Of a DNA stretch of 64,000 nt, positions 59,262-64,000 are shown in pieces (positions within the stretch are counted from its first letter, which is position 1; each line of letters opens with the position of its first letter). The notes beneath the pieces are model-generated. The model saw only the letters and a list, made by a program, of their open reading frames with translations, did no database searches and was not told the DNA's origin. Both the position numbers and the translations under genes were made by a program. Source of the stretch: Roseibacillus sp. (GTDB lineage Bacteria > Verrucomicrobiota > Verrucomicrobiia > Verrucomicrobiales > Akkermansiaceae); the NCBI GenBank assembly GCA_051251855.1, contig JBPOGI010000001.1, forward strand, positions 1,632,001 through 1,696,000. The letters are read 5' to 3'.

Positions 59262-59362
59262 AGGCGAAACACCACTAGATTCCATGGAAACTTCCAGCCT
59301 CAAAATTTGACCCCAAATTTCGGGCTTTTCGTTCCCTCACAACCTCCTACACTTTCCTCCTC

Positions 59363-61504
59363 ATGAAGGTCGCACACTCCTTCTTCAGGGTCCTGTTTTT
59401 GAGCCTGTTGACCATTTTCACGGCAGTAGCTCAGGAAGAAACAGACCCTTCAAAGCTCGATCCCTCCGATATTTACTTCCAAGGGTGGATGGCCCTTCGA
59501 GATGCCGACGAATATCATAAGGAAGAAGATTTCCAAAAGGCCTTCGAGGCAGCCACTCGCTGCAAGCGCCTTATCGACACCGTCACGCTCTACCACCCTC
59601 AATGGAAGCCGCACCTCATTGAACGTAAGCAAAAAGAGGCTCTTTCCAAGCTGGAAACCTTAGCCTCACTCCTTCCTGACCTGAACAACTCAGGCCTCCG
59701 CCTCTATCAGGGAAATGCCGCCGCTCCCACTCCCACAGTCTCTCCGGGGCTTACTCCTGCGGAAGTGATGCAAGCCACCCAGATTCAACGAGAACTCGCC
59801 GAGATAAGAACCAAACTCTCTAAAGCTGACGACCTGCGCAATGCTGAGGCCGCCCGTTACCAACGCCGCATTCGCGAACTGACTGCAGAGCGCGACAAAC
59901 TGGCCGAGTCCACACTCCAAATGGAGGTCAAGGAACTCAAAAACCGCATCGACCTCGTCGAAGAAGAGAAACGTATTCTCGCCCGCCAGCTCTCCGACAC
60001 CCGAGGCGAACTCGACCAAGCTCTCACCAAAGTTGCGGACCTCGACAAAAAGGAAAAAGAATCACGCAAGGTCGCCAACCAACTTAACGAAATGCTCAAA
60101 AAGGAGCGGAACGTTGCCGGAGACGTCATCGACGGACTCCGAGGACAGCAGCAAAAGCTCACCAAGGAGCTCAAAGAAACCAAGCAACTTCTTGCTGTCG
60201 AACGCCAACAATCCCAACGTCTGGAACGCCTTCTCACTGACGCCCGCGGAGAAGTCGAATCTCTCACCACCGAGCGCAACCACCTCTTAAAGGAGCGAGA
60301 CCACCTTTCCGAGCTTCTGCAACTCAACCAGGGCGACCGTATTCAGAGGCTCATCGAGCAAAACATGACCCTCGCCCGCAACCTCCGTGAGGCCGAGGAA
60401 GCGATGCAAAACCTCGTCAACAACGCCGATGCTAACGCCGAGGATCTTCTGAATGCCAAACGCGACCTCGCCATGGCTAAATCTCAAATCATCGATTCGC
60501 GCCAAGAGAGCGATGCCGAATTAGAGCGAAATCAGAGCCTCGAACTTAAACTCAAAGACGCTTACGCAGAGCTGAAGGCCCGCGAGAATCTCGCTGATAT
60601 CGACTCCGACCTCTTGGAAGAAAACCGAGTGCTTCGCGATGTTGCCGACCGCCTCATCCGCACCCAAAAACGACGCCGAGAAGAAGCCAACCTCTTACTT
60701 CAAACAGCCAAAGAAGATAAAGAAGACGAAACCCTCATGGCCGCTGTTCAGCAGCTTGTCGGCGAGGAGATCAACCTCACTCCCGACGAAAAGCTCATGT
60801 TCAACCGCGCTGGCGCCGACGGGCAGTTCAAGCTCAACATGGGCCGTAACAATCCTGAAGATGTGGAGCTCAGCAACGCCCAACTCCGCCGCTACATCTC
60901 CGCCCTCGGAACCGCTATCGAAAAGGCCTACTCACGTGGCAAAACCGAAGTTGCTTTGGACCTCTGCGAACAACTTCTCGACGAACATCCTGGGCACGTC
61001 CCAACCATGGTCAACCAAGGGGTCATTCGGCTCAAAATGGGCTTTCCTGATATGGCCATCGAGTCCTTCAACAATGCCGCCACTATGCAAATCGCCCCCT
61101 TGCCTTACGCTCATTACATGAAGGGTGTGGCCTACCACTCCCTCAAAAAGTTCGAAAACGCCCAGAAGGAATACGAACTCGCTATCAAACTCGACTCAAC
61201 CAATGCCGACGCCCATAGCCGCCTCGGCGGTATTTACGTCCAACAAGGCCGCACCGGCGAAGCCCGCGAATTATTCGAAAAGGCCTATCGTATCGACAAT
61301 AACAAACCCGGCCCCCTCTTTAACTTAGCTCTCCTCCACAGCAGACTGAACGAGGAAAAAGCGGCCCTCAACTACTACCGACAATTTAGGAAAGCAGGCG
61401 GCCAACCCAACCCCGACTTTGAACGCATGCTCTCCAAAGCAAAACCTGAGGCGACGGAAGAACCCATCCCCTCGACCGCAACACCAGTGATCTCGGCTCC
61501 CTAG
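59363..61504 (+). CDS. Secreted coiled-coil plus TPR protein
   Basis: Signal peptide, long heptad-rich middle, C-terminal TPRs (AHYMKGVAY, AHSRLGGIY, LFNLALL). Confidence 0.8.
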   Translation: MKVAHSFFRVLFLSLLTIFTAVAQEETDPSKLDPSDIYFQGWMALRDADEYHKEEDFQKAFEAATRCKRLIDTVTLYHPQWKPHLIERKQKEALSKLETLASLLPDLNNSGLRLYQGNAAAPTPTVSPGLTPAEVMQATQIQRELAEIRTKLSKADDLRNAEAARYQRRIRELTAERDKLAESTLQMEVKELKNRIDLVEEEKRILARQLSDTRGELDQALTKVADLDKKEKESRKVANQLNEMLKKERNVAGDVIDGLRGQQQKLTKELKETKQLLAVERQQSQRLERLLTDARGEVESLTTERNHLLKERDHLSELLQLNQGDRIQRLIEQNMTLARNLREAEEAMQNLVNNADANAEDLLNAKRDLAMAKSQIIDSRQESDAELERNQSLELKLKDAYAELKARENLADIDSDLLEENRVLRDVADRLIRTQKRRREEANLLLQTAKEDKEDETLMAAVQQLVGEEINLTPDEKLMFNRAGADGQFKLNMGRNNPEDVELSNAQLRRYISALGTAIEKAYSRGKTEVALDLCEQLLDEHPGHVPTMVNQGVIRLKMGFPDMAIESFNNAATMQIAPLPYAHYMKGVAYHSLKKFENAQKEYELAIKLDSTNADAHSRLGGIYVQQGRTGEARELFEKAYRIDNNKPGPLFNLALLHSRLNEEKAALNYYRQFRKAGGQPNPDFERMLSKAKPEATEEPIPSTATPVISAP

Positions 61505-61531
61505 TCTTCTTAGCTCGATCTACTTCTCGCA

Positions 61532-62350
61532 ATGCCTGGCCCTACTACCGAGCACCCCGTGGCGCTCACCATCGCCGGCTTCGACACCTGCGCGGGAGCG
61601 GGACTCCAAGCCGATCTACTCACCTTCCACAATCACGGATACCACTGCCTCACTGCTTGCACTTCACTTGTCGTCGAGACACCCCATCAAGTCCGAGAAG
61701 TCAAAGCCATCAGCGCCGACCTTCTTCTGCAACAAATCGAACTCCTTCTCGCCACCTATTCCGTCAGCGCTATCAAAGTCGGTCTTCTCGCTTCCCCTGA
61801 CCAAGTTATGGTCTTGGGCGAAATCCTAGGAGGCCAAAGGGTGCCCATCGTCGTCGATCCCGTAGGAACCTCCACCACCGGCTCAAAACTCCAAGAACCA
61901 GGAACATCCCAAGCCCTTATCGAACAACTTGCCCCCCTATCAACCCTTCTCACCCCAAATCTTCCCGAAGCGAGGCTCCTTCTTGGTGGCAACTCAGACC
62001 TCCCTGCTGACCAAGTCGCCTCCCTTCTTGCACGTAAAATCGAAACCAGCGTACTTCTCACCGGGGGGCATAACGACTCTGGCTCCGATGTCTGCGATCT
62101 TCTTATTCACGAAGGCCAAAGCGAGCCTTTCTGCGCTCCCCGAATTGAAACGTCCGACTCTCTTCACGGCACCGGCTGCGTCCTTTCCTCCGCCATCGCC
62201 GCCGCGCTAGGAAAAAATGCAAATTTCCCAACCGCAATCACTTCTGCACGACGCTATCTTCGTGCAGCCATGACTCATCACCTCTCTTTCCCTCATTCGG
62301 CGCCCCTCCTTGCGCTCAATCATCATCCCACAGGAAGCCACGACCAATGA
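61532..62350 (+). CDS. thiD: Hydroxymethylpyrimidine/phosphomethylpyrimidine kinase
   Basis: LTIAGFDTCAGAGLQAD, IKVGLL, VVDPV, TPNLPEA, HGTGCVLSSAIAA. Confidence 0.9.
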   Translation: MPGPTTEHPVALTIAGFDTCAGAGLQADLLTFHNHGYHCLTACTSLVVETPHQVREVKAISADLLLQQIELLLATYSVSAIKVGLLASPDQVMVLGEILGGQRVPIVVDPVGTSTTGSKLQEPGTSQALIEQLAPLSTLLTPNLPEARLLLGGNSDLPADQVASLLARKIETSVLLTGGHNDSGSDVCDLLIHEGQSEPFCAPRIETSDSLHGTGCVLSSAIAAALGKNANFPTAITSARRYLRAAMTHHLSFPHSAPLLALNHHPTGSHDQ

Positions 62351-62425
62351 TTGCGTCCCTGCCATTCTCGGGCTAACTTTCTCCGCAAGGGAGATGATTC
62401 TCAGGCTCATTTCCTTCGAAAACCA

Positions 62426-64000
62426 ATGAAGTTTTTGCGACTTATACCCCTACTTTCACTGACTTTCGCACTCAATGCGAAGGCTCAGGAAAATTTAGAC
62501 CCTGCGATCGAGCGTGCTGCCGTCGAGGAATCACGAGCCGAATCTTGGTTTGCTGAAGCCAACAAAGTCTACGAATACGGCAAAAGCGAACAAACCAACA
62601 AAAATTTTTCTACCGCCGCCCGTGCTTTCGCCGCCTGCATTCCGATGTTCGAGCGTTTTGCCAACACCTACTCCAAACATCCCGACGCACCCAAGGCTCT
62701 TTATCGAGCTGGAGTTGCCAACCTTCTCATCGGTCGCCGCGAAGCCGCTGAATCTAAATTCATCAGCACTCTGATGATGACCAAAAAGAGAGGTCAGACC
62801 GCTGCTACGGCTGCTTTCCGTTTAGGAGCGCTCGCCTACAACGACGAGTTTTTTAAAACCGCCCTTCCTCATTTCGCCGTCACCGCGAATCAGACCGACA
62901 GTCCCGACCTCCGCCACAAAGCGCTCAACTACCAAGCTCGCTGCCTTCTTCTCACCCAACGCATTCCAGAAGCCAAAACCGTCCTCAAGAAGCTAGTCGA
63001 CGATACTCACAAACCGAATGACTTCCGCGACCAAGCCCGCCTCGCCTTGGCCCACATTTCCGCCACCTCTGGTAAGCTCGCTGAAGCTTTTGAGCTCTAC
63101 CAAGCCCTCGCTGGAATCAAGACCACCGACCCAGCGCTCTTAGGAATCAAAGCTCAAGCTATTGTCCACGGTGGCATGACTGCCATGCGATTGGGCAAGT
63201 CGGAACAAGGATTCAGCATGCTCAACGAAGCTTTGGAAACCATTGGCCTTCCAGACGAGTCCAAAGCTGAAGCTCAGCTCATGCTTATGCAGCACGAATT
63301 TTCAGCGGGAAAATATGACCGTGTTCAGGAGCTCTATCGCCTCGGCCCCTTTAACGCTGCCCGCCCCGAAACCACTGCCGAAACTCTCCTTTACGCCGGA
63401 CGAGCCTCGGCCAAACTCGGCCAACACAATGCGGCGGTAGAGATGTTTATCAGTGTCGACCGTATCGTCCCTAACACCAGAATGGCTTACGAAGCCAGCT
63501 ATCGCAAACTCCTCTCCTTTTACGAGATGAGGGGCACCAATATCCCAGAACTCGTCAACACCTTCGTAGAACTCTACAAAGGAAGTAAGTTTGGCAAAAA
63601 CAGCCCTTGGATTCAAGAAGCTCGCGTCATGAAAGCCGAAACTTATTTCAGCTTCGAAGATTATGAAAACGCAACCGAAGCTTGGACGCGTGTCAATATC
63701 GCCAAACTTCCCAAACCTCTACAAGGCCCAGCGCTCTTTAAAACGGGATGGTCTCTGGTCGAGAATGGCGACTACAACAGCGCCATCGGAATTCTCTCAG
63801 AATTCATCTCACGCTATCCCGAATCTCCTGATGTCCAAGCGGCCACCGCCAAGCGCGCTCAATCCTACCTTGAAGTGGGCGACCGCGTTTCCGCACTCAC
63901 CGATTGCGAACGCATCCTTGAGAATAAGCAGAACTCTCCAGCCCTCAGTGCCTTTGCCCTCCAACTTTCCGGTCGCCTCTATCGCGCAGAGCGCCAGAAT
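62426..64000 (+). CDS. Secreted multi-TPR protein, partial (runs off the right edge)
   Basis: Manual translation MKFLRLIPLLSLTFALNAKAQEN...YSKHPDAPKALYRAG...AAFRLGALAY...; open to the window end, so absent from the ORF track. Confidence 0.8.
   Translation, partial: MKFLRLIPLLSLTFALNAKAQENLDPAIERAAVEESRAESWFAEANKVYEYGKSEQTNKNFSTAARAFAACIPMFERFANTYSKHPDAPKALYRAGVANLLIGRREAAESKFISTLMMTKKRGQTAATAAFRLGALAYNDEFFKTALPHFAVTANQTDSPDLRHKALNYQARCLLLTQRIPEAKTVLKKLVDDTHKPNDFRDQARLALAHISATSGKLAEAFELYQALAGIKTTDPALLGIKAQAIVHGGMTAMRLGKSEQGFSMLNEALETIGLPDESKAEAQLMLMQHEFSAGKYDRVQELYRLGPFNAARPETTAETLLYAGRASAKLGQHNAAVEMFISVDRIVPNTRMAYEASYRKLLSFYEMRGTNIPELVNTFVELYKGSKFGKNSPWIQEARVMKAETYFSFEDYENATEAWTRVNIAKLPKPLQGPALFKTGWSLVENGDYNSAIGILSEFISRYPESPDVQAATAKRAQSYLEVGDRVSALTDCERILENKQNSPALSAFALQLSGRLYRAERQN

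Overview
Mostly core chromosome from a bacterium of moderate GC content. Gene content and style point to Verrucomicrobiota (Verrucomicrobiales-like); this is an inference. About 55 CDSs can be supported. Housekeeping genes include guaBA, tcdA, ribE, lpxK, hemL, asnS, a UvrD/PcrA helicase, pqiA/pqiA/pqiB/pqiC, rpsT, dnaX-ybaB, hrpB, holB, fabH, an ECF sigma/anti-sigma pair, dciA, ferredoxin, hemQ/chdC and thiD. There is a PIN toxin-antitoxin pair at the left end. Several large secreted proteins are present: a beta-helix CSLREA/choice-of-anchor Q protein, a three-gene FG-GAP/ASPIC-UnbV + heme-c FG-GAP + triple CBM-like cluster, a GH26-like hydrolase and TPR proteins. I saw no tRNA, rRNA, CRISPR array, prophage or transposase, and no clear multi-gene novel defence or mobile system. 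The strongest leads are: (1) a HAD phosphatase fused to dihydroneopterin aldolase, a candidate for the unassigned folate-pathway phosphatase; (2) a SH3b-like domain inserted in an Ala/Gly:cation symporter; (3) an ECF sigma/anti-sigma locus followed by an HtrA-like protein lacking its catalytic residues; (4) the heme-c/beta-propeller/glycan-binding secreted cluster with a palindromic operator candidate; (5) a C-terminal motif shared by two unrelated secreted proteins, a possible sorting signal; (6) a dispersed REP-like palindrome; (7) recurrent leaderless-type promoter geometry. All family assignments come from motif recognition by eye, not database searches.
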